Below are positions 30,921 through 41,392 of a stretch of 64,000 bases of DNA, one piece after another. Source of the DNA: Flavobacteriales bacterium (GTDB lineage Bacteria; Bacteroidota; Bacteroidia; NS11-12g; UBA955); NCBI GenBank assembly GCA_002737705.1, contig NSIM01000005.1, forward strand, positions 10,623 through 74,622. The letters are read 5' to 3'. How positions within the stretch are numbered: the stretch's first letter is position 1; each line of letters opens with the position of its first letter. The position numbers and the translations under genes are program-made. The notes under the pieces are model-generated. The model was not told the DNA's origin. It did not search any database and was given only the letters and a program-made list of their open reading frames with translations.

Positions 30921-31150
30921 CCGTTATAGACATCAAAAATGCACAAAACGTTTACTCAAACCCAAAAAAAATGTAATAATTGTGTCAAATTAAAATTAAT
31001 GGGCGTTTGTTGAATAGAAAAGTGCATTTGTCGTATTATTGCAAGTTGTGTTCAAGTGGCTAAAAGCAGAAGGGCTAAAACTGCCTGTATATTGGGTAAA
31101 TATGACGCAAAATACCGAACTTTACAGCCAGAAAGTTTTGCTCTACTAAA

Positions 31151-31720
31151 TTGAAAAAACTCATCATCTTTTCAGCACCCTCAGGGTCGGGAAAAACCAC
31201 CGTAGTGAAACATTTGCTCGGGGTACTCAACCCGCAACTGGATTTTTCGATTAGCGCGACCACACGCAATCCGCGTCCTGGAGAACTTGATGGCCGCGAG
31301 TACCATTTTTTGAAAGAGGCTGATTTTCGACAACAAATTATAGACAATAAATTTCTAGAATACGAGGAGGTATATTCGGGAATATTGTATGGAACTTTAT
31401 GGAGTGAAGTAACACGAATTTGGGAAGCAAAAAAATCTGTTATTTTTGATGTTGATGTAAAAGGTGGTCTCAAGCTCAAACACAAATTTGGGGACAAAGC
31501 CTTGGCGATATTTTTGAGACCCCCAAGTATTGAGATTCTTATGGAAAGACTTGCCAAACGAAGTACTGAAGTTGAACATCAATTGCAAGAACGCATAGAC
31601 AAGGCGCACTCTGAATTGGATTATGAAAGTCAGTACGATGCGGTCGTAATTAATGATTCACTTGAAAACACTTTTGCCGAATGCCTTACTTTGGTTTCGG
31701 ATTTTCTCAAAAAAACCTGA
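31151..31720 (+). CDS. gmk: guanylate kinase
   Basis: P-loop SAPSGSGKTT and a GMP-binding pattern. The start is the TTG at 31151; there is no in-frame ATG upstream. Confidence 0.85.
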   Translation: MKKLIIFSAPSGSGKTTVVKHLLGVLNPQLDFSISATTRNPRPGELDGREYHFLKEADFRQQIIDNKFLEYEEVYSGILYGTLWSEVTRIWEAKKSVIFDVDVKGGLKLKHKFGDKALAIFLRPPSIEILMERLAKRSTEVEHQLQERIDKAHSELDYESQYDAVVINDSLENTFAECLTLVSDFLKKT

Positions 31721-32325
31721 TGGGTATTTCAAACCCCCATATTGGCCTGTATTTTGGCTCATTTAACCCGATACATCTGGGGCATATGAAAGTGGCCAAG
31801 TACCTAAAAAAATATGGAAAATTTGATTCAATCTGGTTTGTGCCTTCTCCATTGAATCCCCAGAAGGCAGAAGAAATGCTATTGCCCGCAAATCTGCGTT
31901 TGAATTGGGTAAAAAAAGCCATCGCCGAAGATCCCGATTTCAAAATTTGCGATGTAGAATTTGGATTGGGAATGCCAAGCTATACATACCGTACGGTGAA
32001 ACATCTTTATTCAATGTATTCAGGCCATGTATTTTCCCTTCTGATGGGAGCCGACAATCTAATGGATTTTCACTCTTGGAACGACGCACAAAAATTGGCT
32101 CAAATTTGCCCCCTGCACGTGTATGCAAGGCCGGGATTTTTAAAACCTTCAGGAGAAATTCCATTTAATGCCAAGTGGTATGACTCACCATTATTGGATA
32201 TTTCGGCAACACAGATTCGAAATTTACTATTTGAAAAAAAGGACATTTCAGGGTTAATACCCGCCTCAATTTTACTCGACGTCGAGACTTTTTTTCAGAA
32301 CTTTATTGCGGAAAGTAACCAATAA
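31720..32325 (+). CDS. nadD: nicotinate-nucleotide adenylyltransferase
   Basis: GLYFGSFNPIHLGHM is the (H/T)xGH nucleotidyltransferase motif. The start overlaps the gmk stop (TGATG). Confidence 0.8.
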   Translation: MGISNPHIGLYFGSFNPIHLGHMKVAKYLKKYGKFDSIWFVPSPLNPQKAEEMLLPANLRLNWVKKAIAEDPDFKICDVEFGLGMPSYTYRTVKHLYSMYSGHVFSLLMGADNLMDFHSWNDAQKLAQICPLHVYARPGFLKPSGEIPFNAKWYDSPLLDISATQIRNLLFEKKDISGLIPASILLDVETFFQNFIAESNQ

Positions 32326-33192
32326 AAAAGCAATCGCAAAAGTTACAAAGAACGAATAGGCCGCATACACCAAAATAGGTTTTTCCATAACAGGGTTTCC
32401 CAATTTATCCCCCGCAATAAGCAATGCCAATGCGGTATTGTGTAAGCCAACTTCGATTGCAATGGTAACCCGATTTCGGTAGCTCAATTTCAAAGGAACA
32501 CCTACCAAAAATCCAATGAGCATACTGCCAATATTTAACGTGATGACATAGGGTGTGAGCAGTTGAACATCCGCAATATCCATTGCTGTACCACCCTGAG
32601 ACGGACTGGCAAAGAATTTATAGGCAAATACCAACAACAGTATACAAGGCAAAATAATATTGAGCCACTTGCCCAAAAATAGCGTCCGATCTCCGGTGCG
32701 TGAACGAACAAGCATTCCAAAAGCCGCGGGAATAATCGTTACAATAAAAATATCAAACAGGGTATTCCAAAAAGGCAATTGAATGAACTCGTTGGCCAGT
32801 GCAGACTCTTTCATGAAATAATGGAGAAAAAAATTTACCATGATTGGAATAGAAATTAGGGATAGCATCGCATTACAAACCGTTAAAGAAACTGCCAAAG
32901 CAACGTTTCCCTTGATTAAGTAACTGATTAAATTGGAGGTGATTCCCCCCGGACACACACTCAAAATTAAAATTCCCACTTTTAATTCATTGGCAATGGG
33001 GGCATAAATAGCAATGGCTGCGGCAACTAAAGGCAAAATGACCATTTGGGCAAACAGGCCAATTGCAAGAGATTTGGGCTGAATAAAAAGTTGCTGAAAA
33101 TCTTCTTTTTTAAGAGACACGCCTAAGCCAAACATAATCATGGCTAAAACCGCATTGAGAACAATGTTAATATCGATTGAAAATGATCCCAT
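32272..33192 (-). CDS. bile acid:sodium symporter (BASS) family transporter
   Basis: A multi-TM protein with a CPGGITSN motif. Its 3' end overlaps the nadD 3' end by 54 nt (convergent). Confidence 0.6.
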   Translation of the reverse strand: MGSFSIDINIVLNAVLAMIMFGLGVSLKKEDFQQLFIQPKSLAIGLFAQMVILPLVAAAIAIYAPIANELKVGILILSVCPGGITSNLISYLIKGNVALAVSLTVCNAMLSLISIPIMVNFFLHYFMKESALANEFIQLPFWNTLFDIFIVTIIPAAFGMLVRSRTGDRTLFLGKWLNIILPCILLLVFAYKFFASPSQGGTAMDIADVQLLTPYVITLNIGSMLIGFLVGVPLKLSYRNRVTIAIEVGLHNTALALLIAGDKLGNPVMEKPILVYAAYSFFVTFAIAFLLVTFRNKVLKKSLDVE

Positions 33193-33251
33193 TTATTGAG
33201 GTTGTTTGCAAAGTACATCTCAAATACGAGGCTACCAAATATACCGGGTAC

Positions 33252-34046
33252 TTAAGATAATTTATCCCGAACTATCGCCAAAAAATGGTCGAAAATACTT
33301 GGATTAGATGCTACAATTTGTTTGGCAAACAAAACCCCATTTTCTCCATTGAAATTGGCCACCTTTCCTCCTGCTTCTTGCACAAGTAACACCCCTGCGG
33401 CAATATCCCATGGCGCCAAACCCATTTCAAAAAATCCATCAAACCTTCCAGCAGCTGTATAGGCCAAATCAATGGCTGCAGAACCCATTCTACGCAAACC
33501 ATGGGTACCACGCATTAACGCTTCAAGCAATGCCAAATACGCATCCATTTTTTCGAATTCGCAGTAGGGAAATCCCGTGGCGATAAGCGAATGGTCCATG
33601 GCAATGACTTTATTCAATTCAAGGCGCACCCCATTTAAATATGCACCTTCACCCAAAGAAGCCGTGAATGATTCTTGTAGGGCCGGACAGCAAACAACAC
33701 CCAGTTGAAGCGCTCCATCTCGCCATAAAGCCACACTGATACTAAATATTGGCAATCCATGCAAAAAATTTGTAGTGCCATCCAAGGGATCAATGATCCA
33801 CGTTGGCTGAGACCCTAAAATACGTTCAGGGTTAAATTCTTCACCAATAAAAACAGATTCTGGCAACAACAATCGCAATTGGTCCATTAGCTTTTGTTCG
33901 GATTCCCGATCAACAAAACTCACCAGCTGGTTTAACCCTTTGTCTACTATTTCTGATTGTCCAATTTTTTGCCAATGTTGTAGTTGGAATATCCCCACCT
34001 CACGGCAAATCTTTTCCACTTCTGCAAGCAATATGGCATTGGCCAT
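33252..34046 (-). CDS. inositol monophosphatase family protein (SuhB-like)
   Basis: WIIDPLDGTTNFLHG metal-binding motif. Confidence 0.8.
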   Translation of the reverse strand: MANAILLAEVEKICREVGIFQLQHWQKIGQSEIVDKGLNQLVSFVDRESEQKLMDQLRLLLPESVFIGEEFNPERILGSQPTWIIDPLDGTTNFLHGLPIFSISVALWRDGALQLGVVCCPALQESFTASLGEGAYLNGVRLELNKVIAMDHSLIATGFPYCEFEKMDAYLALLEALMRGTHGLRRMGSAAIDLAYTAAGRFDGFFEMGLAPWDIAAGVLLVQEAGGKVANFNGENGVLFAKQIVASNPSIFDHFLAIVRDKLS

Positions 34047-34048
34047 GA

Positions 34049-34465
34049 TTAACAGAATTCTTCGTAGGCAAATCGAAGATTTTCGGCCAACATATCAGCA
34101 GTTCTTCCCTCAATCATATGACGCTCAACCATGTGAACCACTTCACCCCCTTTAAACAATGCTACAGCGGGAGAAGAGGGTGGGTATGGAGACATATATT
34201 CGCGAATTTTTGCAACGGCATCTAAATCTTGACCTGCAAAAACCGTTACCATTTTACTGGGTTTTTTACTGCCTGTCAATGATTTCAGAACACCTGGACG
34301 GGCAGACCCTGCGGCACATCCACATACAGAATTCACCATTACGAGGGTTGTATCCATATTCCCCTCAATATGAGAAACTACTTCTTCAGCAGTTTTTAAT
34401 TCGGTAAAACCACCTTGGGTTAATTCGGCACGCATCGGGGCTACAAGCATTTCTGGGTAAGGCAT
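34049..34465 (-). CDS. BrxA/BrxB-family bacilliredoxin (thioredoxin-like, CGC active site)
   Basis: 138 aa with NSVCGCAAG. Confidence 0.65.
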   Translation of the reverse strand: MPYPEMLVAPMRAELTQGGFTELKTAEEVVSHIEGNMDTTLVMVNSVCGCAAGSARPGVLKSLTGSKKPSKMVTVFAGQDLDAVAKIREYMSPYPPSSPAVALFKGGEVVHMVERHMIEGRTADMLAENLRFAYEEFC

Positions 34466-34623
34466 AACAGTAAATTATTATATCAACAAAGATACAATCC
34501 CCCAGAATACGATTTTTTTTTATATTTGTATTCGATTGTTTTTCTTTACATCCGTGTCTATCCAGAAGAAACCGAAACTCCCAAAACAATGAAGAATATT
34601 CCATTCATCTAAGCTAAAAACCC

Positions 34624-37600
34624 ATGTATATTACTTCCATTAAATACCTTATTGCCCTCATCTCCTTTGCTTTGGTGAGTGTATTGTCGTATGCAGCAAA
34701 TACATGGGGGGGTGAAATGTATGCCAGTCATATTGGCAACAACAAGTATATGATCACATACAAAGCATACCAAAATTGCGGTTCAGGAAGCAAATTGCCA
34801 GATACCACAAACATTAAATGCTATGCAGGCACATCTTACAGTTGTGGAACTGTGAGCATAAAAGCAAGTAAAATTAGCGTTCGTGACCTTACATACAAAT
34901 GCTCCACTGGCACAAGTTGTAAATTTGGAGCCCCTATTTCTGAAGTTATATACCAATGCACTGCTGATTTAAATAGCAAAGTCTATACATCTCTTTTGTC
35001 GGGTAGTTGTCAGGAAATTACTTTTTTTGCCACGGGTTGGTTCATGCCATTTGGTAGCTGTTATAGTGCTGGTGGGACTGAATCGGTGGTGGCAACAACA
35101 TTGTATATTGGCAATCTCAATCGATGTAAATCCAAAACCAATATCGCACCAGCGCTCTTCTTCGACCCCATTCGAAACATTCGGATTAATCAAAAAATTA
35201 CCATCGCACAGGGACTGGTTGATACTTCTGAATATGATTGGCTTCATTTCCAATTGTCCCCAAGCATGTATCAAGTACCCTTTAACAACAAAACTTGCAG
35301 TGCCACCCCCAATAGCAACTATTTAAATCCTTTCACCCCGTATTGTAATCCTGCCGCGATTCAATGTACCCCCAATAAAAATACCAGTCCCATCCAAGGA
35401 ACCCTTTTTGACACAATGAGCGGAGACCTGTCTTTTTACCCCACAGTAGCCGATGAAAAAAGCATTATTTCCTATAGAATTATGGAGTACAGAAGGGATT
35501 CTACCGGTAAATGGACACTCATTGCCAAGCATACCCGAGAAATTGGCGCCATCACCTTTGATGCCAATGGCACAAATGAAGCACCAAGCATTCTCTGGGG
35601 TAGTGGAATTTCCAAAACTTGTGTTGGGACAAGTGTGAAATCAAAAATTTTCGATATTACCGACTTCCCCGTGCCAGGACAATCCAAAGTCGACAGCCTC
35701 TTGGTGATTGTCCCAAAAAATATCAAAGGGGGCATATTGAAGGTGTATTCCTCATCAATAAACCAATCTGCTATTGAACTTAACTGGAATCCCAGCCTCA
35801 CTGATACGGCCTATATTCCCTACTTATTTCCGATCAAAATTATCGACCAACATTGCGATCCTCCTTTGGAAATGAGCATTACCCACCTATTTACGATTTA
35901 TCCCAAACCCGATGGCGAACCTCTTGTTTCATATTTGGGTTGCAACAAATTGGCCCTACAAGTAAAAAATCTGCGGGGCGGTCCCGATGTGAAATGCACA
36001 TGGCAAGTGAACGATGCAAATGGCAAACTTGTGGCAACCAGCAAATCTGTGAAAGACACCCTCTTTTTAAACGGACCGGGCAAATACAATGTGCAGGCTT
36101 TGTTTTCAAATCGCGGATTATGTTTTAAAAGCTGGGATACTTCTTTTAACATCATCGACACCTTAACTTCTTTCCATCTTGGTGGAAAAACCCTCATTAC
36201 AGACACCATCAATTGTCCAAATGCCACGTATTTAGCAGAACCATTCGACCTGGTTGGCAAAAACGCGACTCTCTCCTACCAATGGTATGCCTTAGATCAA
36301 ACCCTTGCCTATGGCTATAAAGACCCCCGAAAGATTCCAACCAATGCCCTAAAGAAAATTGCTACGTCAAAAAACCTGTCCATTTTACCCCGTTCTGATA
36401 CGGCTTTTTTATTGTCTATAACAGACAATCAAGGATGTATTGAATCGAGAGAATTGCGCATCATACAGATTTTTTCCAAAGCCTTGTCATGGAAAAAGAA
36501 ACCCCTTGAACCTATTTGCGCAAGCAATCCACCTTTCAAACTCATTGACCCCTTAAATAAAGACATGAGCACGGGCGATTTTTTTACAAACATTCGTTGC
36601 TTGAATGGCAAATACCTCGACAGTATCGGACCCAATTATTACAAGGTAAAAGCGCCTGCGAAACCCAATACTGGCGAAAAAATTTCACTGTTCCTTGTTG
36701 CGTCATTTGATACTTTGGGTTGCATCAGTCGGGATACCAATACAATTGATGTTGTCTACAGCCCACTATTTAATCTCAACAAAGAAATAAAAATTTGTAC
36801 CAGTGATTCTGGTTTTTGTTTATCTACCGCTGTAACCAAGCCCGCCACTAAAGCAAAACCCTTTGAATGGTCTATCATTTCAAAGCCATCCAAATCTCCC
36901 GCGCAATTGCTTTCCACAACGATCAATCATTGCAAAGGAATCCATTTAATAACGCATTTTGATTCCATCGCCCTGGGAAAATATGTCATTTCAGCATGTG
37001 CCATCGACTCTGCTTTGGGTTGTAGATCCTGTGATACAACCACGATCATTTCAAAATCTAAATGGACGTTTGTATACGTTGGCGATTCGGTTCTATGTCC
37101 CAACGATCCTCCCGTGCAATTACACAAATTCAATAAGGTCACCTCAGGAGAATCCTCGGACAGTATTTATTCCATGACATTTTATGATATCAATGGTGAA
37201 AGCAAACCCAACTTCAATCCATCCCAGCTCGTCGATACTAAAAATGGAATCCTTTTTCCACGGATTGCCACTGGAAAATTGCGTATTGCGTTTTCTCCAC
37301 AAAAATATTGCTATGCAGATGGACTGGTATTGCTTAGAATTCAAGACACCCTTGCAATTAAAAGCACAGTTACACCCGATTCTATCATTCGTCTCCCTAA
37401 AACATCCTTCACCTTCACTGCAAATACAATCTCAAGTCGCGTATGGTGGGATTTTGGTTCAGGACTCAACGCAGATACCTCCACCTTAAACCCCATTACC
37501 TGGTCGTTCGAAAATAAACCCGCAAGCTATCGCGTAAAAGTTCGCAGTTTTAATACCAATACATGCTACGGAGAAAGCCAAATAAAAGTATTTGTCTTGC

Positions 37601-37851
37601 CGGTTACTGCCCTCCAACTTTTCGATTTAAACGCCAAAATTGCCAATAATCTGCTATTGGTATCTTCGTATTGGACATTGGAAAAATTGGAAGTTTTCGA
37701 CCTTAAAGGCAAACGGGTTTATTTTAACACAACCAACCAAGGAGTCCCCATTAATGTGATTCCTTATGGCGTATATATCTATCGATTACATGCCCAAAAT
37801 GCAAAAAATCAAGTGATAAAAACCGGTACATGGGTTAATGTACTAGACTGA
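34624..37851 (+). CDS. large secreted T9SS cargo protein (type A C-terminal sorting domain)
   Basis: 1075 aa with a signal peptide. The C-terminal ~80 aa (...KLEVFDLKGKRVYF...GVYIYRLHAQN...) is CTD-like. Confidence 0.6.
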   Translation: MYITSIKYLIALISFALVSVLSYAANTWGGEMYASHIGNNKYMITYKAYQNCGSGSKLPDTTNIKCYAGTSYSCGTVSIKASKISVRDLTYKCSTGTSCKFGAPISEVIYQCTADLNSKVYTSLLSGSCQEITFFATGWFMPFGSCYSAGGTESVVATTLYIGNLNRCKSKTNIAPALFFDPIRNIRINQKITIAQGLVDTSEYDWLHFQLSPSMYQVPFNNKTCSATPNSNYLNPFTPYCNPAAIQCTPNKNTSPIQGTLFDTMSGDLSFYPTVADEKSIISYRIMEYRRDSTGKWTLIAKHTREIGAITFDANGTNEAPSILWGSGISKTCVGTSVKSKIFDITDFPVPGQSKVDSLLVIVPKNIKGGILKVYSSSINQSAIELNWNPSLTDTAYIPYLFPIKIIDQHCDPPLEMSITHLFTIYPKPDGEPLVSYLGCNKLALQVKNLRGGPDVKCTWQVNDANGKLVATSKSVKDTLFLNGPGKYNVQALFSNRGLCFKSWDTSFNIIDTLTSFHLGGKTLITDTINCPNATYLAEPFDLVGKNATLSYQWYALDQTLAYGYKDPRKIPTNALKKIATSKNLSILPRSDTAFLLSITDNQGCIESRELRIIQIFSKALSWKKKPLEPICASNPPFKLIDPLNKDMSTGDFFTNIRCLNGKYLDSIGPNYYKVKAPAKPNTGEKISLFLVASFDTLGCISRDTNTIDVVYSPLFNLNKEIKICTSDSGFCLSTAVTKPATKAKPFEWSIISKPSKSPAQLLSTTINHCKGIHLITHFDSIALGKYVISACAIDSALGCRSCDTTTIISKSKWTFVYVGDSVLCPNDPPVQLHKFNKVTSGESSDSIYSMTFYDINGESKPNFNPSQLVDTKNGILFPRIATGKLRIAFSPQKYCYADGLVLLRIQDTLAIKSTVTPDSIIRLPKTSFTFTANTISSRVWWDFGSGLNADTSTLNPITWSFENKPASYRVKVRSFNTNTCYGESQIKVFVLPVTALQLFDLNAKIANNLLLVSSYWTLEKLEVFDLKGKRVYFNTTNQGVPINVIPYGVYIYRLHAQNAKNQVIKTGTWVNVLD

Positions 37852-37958
37852 GCCCATCAACTTTTTGAATCCCTATTCAATGGTGTAACTATTATTGTAC
37901 TTTTTAGAATATATATTGTGACTATAATTTCATAAAATGTCCAATGAAAACCCCCTAA

Positions 37959-38393
37959 GTGACTATTTCAAAGCTGCCGTATCACCCCGATTTACTGGTT
38001 GCTTTTGGGGGAAATTCTATACGGATATGGGGAATTGACAATGCCAAAACAATCATAGATGAGGCACAAAAAATAGGGCTGACGGTGATGCTGGGGATGT
38101 GGTTGCAATACGAACGCCACGGTTTTGATTACAACAACAAAGCGAAAGTAGCCAAAAAATTGGCTCATTTTAAAAGTATAATTGATCAATACAAAGACCA
38201 TCCTGCCTTGTTAATGTGGGGAATTGGCAATGAAGTTGATTTGCTTTACAGCAATACCAAAGTATGGGATGCCGTTGAAGAAATTGCCCAATACGCTCAT
38301 AAAGTCGATCCAAACCATCCCACTTCTACTGTAACTGCCGGCTTAGATTCCCTTGAAGTAGCATTGATAAAAGAAAAAGTACCCAAAATATAA
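37959..38393 (+). pseudogene. truncated paralog (central ~130 codons) of the GH-A glycoside hydrolase at 5399..6748
   Basis: About 80% amino-acid identity to residues ~60-190 of the intact GH, including GGNSIRxWGID and LLMWGIGNEVDL. It lacks the N-terminus, the signal peptide and the nucleophile region. A stop follows ...IKEKVPKI. Confidence 0.75.
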
Positions 38394-38437
38394 TCTTTTC
38401 GGCACGTCGAATGGAGAAACGCACCCCTAAACGGCCG

Positions 38438-39784
38438 CTATTGCAGATTGCCCAATACAAATACTTGCTTACAATGATTATATCCAAGAAAATAGGGAAT
38501 TGTATTGAGGGCATTGATCGAATCTGTTGTAAAAAAATCGGCACGCATACCAGGAGCCAACATACCGACATTGTTTTCAAGCCGCAATGCCCTGGCTGCG
38601 TTACAGGTTATTGCATTCAACGCTTCTGCAGGCAATAATTTCATCTGGGTGCAGGCCAATGCCCATATTGTTTGCAAACTGAGGATCGGACTGCTACCAG
38701 GATTGAAATCTGAAGCCAATGCTACAGGCAATCCAGCGTCAATCATCGGTCGGACTGGTGCATAAGGGATACCCAAAAAATAACTTGTCCCGGGTAAAGC
38801 GACTGGCATCGTTCCACCCCCATCGCTCATAAAAGAATCGCGCAGGATGTCAATTTCACGACTGCTACAATGTTCTAAATGATCAGCACTCAAACTGCCA
38901 TTGGCCACAGCAACCTGAACTCCTCCGGTTAATCCCAATTCATTTGCATGAATCTTAGAAGGCAACCCCACTGCTATGGATGCTTTCAATATCCGATCGG
39001 TTTGGGCTGGACTAAAAAACCCCCGATCACAAAATACATCAATATAATCAGCAAGGCCTTCAGCAACAACCTGGGGTAACATCTCATTAATAACCAAATC
39101 AACATATAAATCTGGCTGTTCTTTATACTCCATCGGGATGGCATGGGCCCCCAAAAATGTCGATTGAATTATTATTGGAAATGCCAATTTTAGCCGCCCA
39201 ACAACCCGCAACATTTTAAGTTCAGCCTCCACTGTAAGACCATAACCACTTTTAATCTCCACTGTTGTTGTACCGTGAGCAATCATCAATTGTAATCTCT
39301 TGGCCGCTTGCCCAAACAGCGCATCCTCATCCATTGCCTGCAAGGCCTTGGCTGAATTTAAAATACCCCCTCCGGCTGCCGCAATTGTCTCATAGCTTTC
39401 TCCACCAATACGCATTACAAACTCTTTCCAGCGCGGCGCAGCAAAGACTAAATGGGTATGCGAATCTATAAATCCAGGCAATAATTCAACACCGCCCAAA
39501 TCGGTACATTCAAATTTCACAACACCCCCAGCAACAATTGACTTTGGGCTGTCAATTTTAAGACAATGAAGCCCCTCCACAAATTGATTGACTTCGAGGG
39601 CTAAAGATTCGGGCCCAAAAAACCCTTCCTCTCCTCCCAAGCCCACTATTTTTCCTTCTTCAACACATAACCACGCCTTTGAAAATGAATCTACGACTTG
39701 CATTGCAGCACCCATTTTAAACTCCCCAGGAACACCCGACACGCCCCACATTTTTGAAATACCAATAAATAACTTGCGCATCAA
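38438..39784 (-). CDS. hutI: imidazolonepropionase
   Basis: GFIDSHTHL, DHLE and amidohydrolase metal-ligand patterns. The exact start is uncertain because of several in-frame Met codons. Confidence 0.75.
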   Translation of the reverse strand: MMRKLFIGISKMWGVSGVPGEFKMGAAMQVVDSFSKAWLCVEEGKIVGLGGEEGFFGPESLALEVNQFVEGLHCLKIDSPKSIVAGGVVKFECTDLGGVELLPGFIDSHTHLVFAAPRWKEFVMRIGGESYETIAAAGGGILNSAKALQAMDEDALFGQAAKRLQLMIAHGTTTVEIKSGYGLTVEAELKMLRVVGRLKLAFPIIIQSTFLGAHAIPMEYKEQPDLYVDLVINEMLPQVVAEGLADYIDVFCDRGFFSPAQTDRILKASIAVGLPSKIHANELGLTGGVQVAVANGSLSADHLEHCSSREIDILRDSFMSDGGGTMPVALPGTSYFLGIPYAPVRPMIDAGLPVALASDFNPGSSPILSLQTIWALACTQMKLLPAEALNAITCNAARALRLENNVGMLAPGMRADFFTTDSINALNTIPYFLGYNHCKQVFVLGNLQ

Positions 39785-39809
39785 TTACAAATAACGCATT
39801 TTTGAAACA

Positions 39810-40352
39810 ATGACACCCGATGAATTGTTGCACAAATTACAAACAGCACCAAAAATATCCCCTACTGTATTTGTTGCACCCAACGCAACTATCATTGGCG
39901 ATGTAACCCTAGATTCAAACAGTAGCGTATGGTTTGGTGCTGTTCTTCGTGGAGATAGTGATTCTATCCGCATCGGATCAAAAAGCAATATACAAGACAA
40001 TGCAGTCATCCATACCGATCCCGGATTTCCCTGTATTATTGGAGAAAACTGTGTTATTGGACATTCTGCAATCGTTCATGGTGCAACACTGAATCACCAT
40101 GTTGTTGTAGGAATGAATGCTACGATTCTCAACAATGCCGTCGTGGGTGAATACAGTATCATCGGTGCCAATGCCCTAATCCCGCAAGGAATGATTATAC
40201 CACCCTATTCTCTGGTTCTTGGCATTCCCGGAAAAGTAGTTAAAACACTAGAAAAAAGTGAGGAAATTCGAATACAAAACAATGTGGATGACTATGTACT
40301 TCGTGCACAGACATACCGCAGATATTTTTCTGCTCCCAAATTTAAGGAATGA
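39810..40352 (+). CDS. gamma-class carbonic anhydrase / hexapeptide-repeat family protein
   Basis: Left-handed beta-helix hexapeptide repeats in a YrdA/PaaY-like pattern. Confidence 0.7.
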   Translation: MTPDELLHKLQTAPKISPTVFVAPNATIIGDVTLDSNSSVWFGAVLRGDSDSIRIGSKSNIQDNAVIHTDPGFPCIIGENCVIGHSAIVHGATLNHHVVVGMNATILNNAVVGEYSIIGANALIPQGMIIPPYSLVLGIPGKVVKTLEKSEEIRIQNNVDDYVLRAQTYRRYFSAPKFKE

Positions 40353-40381
40353 TATTTGTTTTCTCAGTCAAGTAATTCTCG

Positions 40382-41341
40382 ATGGCCCGCCGAACAAAAT
40401 ATTTTTACAATCCAAAAACCCTGAGTTTTGAAAAGATTTCAGAACAATTTCGGTATTTGATCTGGCGCAGAATTGGAGCAGGTTCGTTGTTTGTAGTGTT
40501 GATTCTCGTTCTTGGCTTTCTCATCGCTACTTTTTATGTCCGATTTAATTTAATGCCCAGCCAACAAAACAATTATTTTGTATTGTCTGAGTTAGAGCAA
40601 ACAAACCGCCAATTGGATGAATTTGAAAAAAAAATGGTATTCCTAGAAGAGAAAGATATTGGTATCTACCGTTCGATTTTTGATGTTCCACCCCCCAAAT
40701 CCGAAAATTTTCAGAGTAAGGATTACGCCTACTTACTCAAACTATCAAATGGGAAATTGTTGGTGAAAATTAAAGAGAAAGTAGCGCACCTTGAAGCCCT
40801 TGCCCTTCGCCAAGAAAAATCCTATATTACACTGCAACGCTTATCGAAAGGCAGAATCAAAGCCATCGAATCAATCCCCGCAATCATGCCCGTTGCAAAC
40901 AAAGATTTGCGGCATTTGGCGAGTGGATTTGGATACAGGAGAGATCCTTTCTACCACACCCCATCGTTTCATCCAGGCATGGATTTTACCGTGGCTACAG
41001 GAACAGAAGTCTATGCCACAGCAAACGGAAAAGTATCGCATGCACAATCAGAACCCTGGGGTTATGGAAACCACATCATCATCAATCACGGCAACGGTTA
41101 TATTACTCTTTACGGACACCTTAGTCGATTCGGCGTCCGAACTGGACAGCAAATAATTCGCGGTCAACTGATTGGTTATGTCGGAAATACTGGTCGATCA
41201 ACTGGAAGTCATTTGCATTATGAAGTGCGTAAATTCAACAACCCACTGAATCCCGCGTTCTTTTACCGCAATGATTTATCCGATGAACAATACCAAAGAA
41301 TGATTGAATTGAGCCAACGTGAAACAGCCCGTTTCGATTAA
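40382..41341 (+). CDS. M23 family metallopeptidase with an N-terminal TM and coiled-coil (EnvC-like)
   Basis: HPGMDF...GYGNHIIINHG...TGSHLHYEV are the M23 zinc motifs. Confidence 0.8.
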   Translation: MARRTKYFYNPKTLSFEKISEQFRYLIWRRIGAGSLFVVLILVLGFLIATFYVRFNLMPSQQNNYFVLSELEQTNRQLDEFEKKMVFLEEKDIGIYRSIFDVPPPKSENFQSKDYAYLLKLSNGKLLVKIKEKVAHLEALALRQEKSYITLQRLSKGRIKAIESIPAIMPVANKDLRHLASGFGYRRDPFYHTPSFHPGMDFTVATGTEVYATANGKVSHAQSEPWGYGNHIIINHGNGYITLYGHLSRFGVRTGQQIIRGQLIGYVGNTGRSTGSHLHYEVRKFNNPLNPAFFYRNDLSDEQYQRMIELSQRETARFD

Positions 41342-41392
41342 ATACCCCTTTTACTATTCAAGGGTGCACCATACCTTCGCAATACTTGATTA

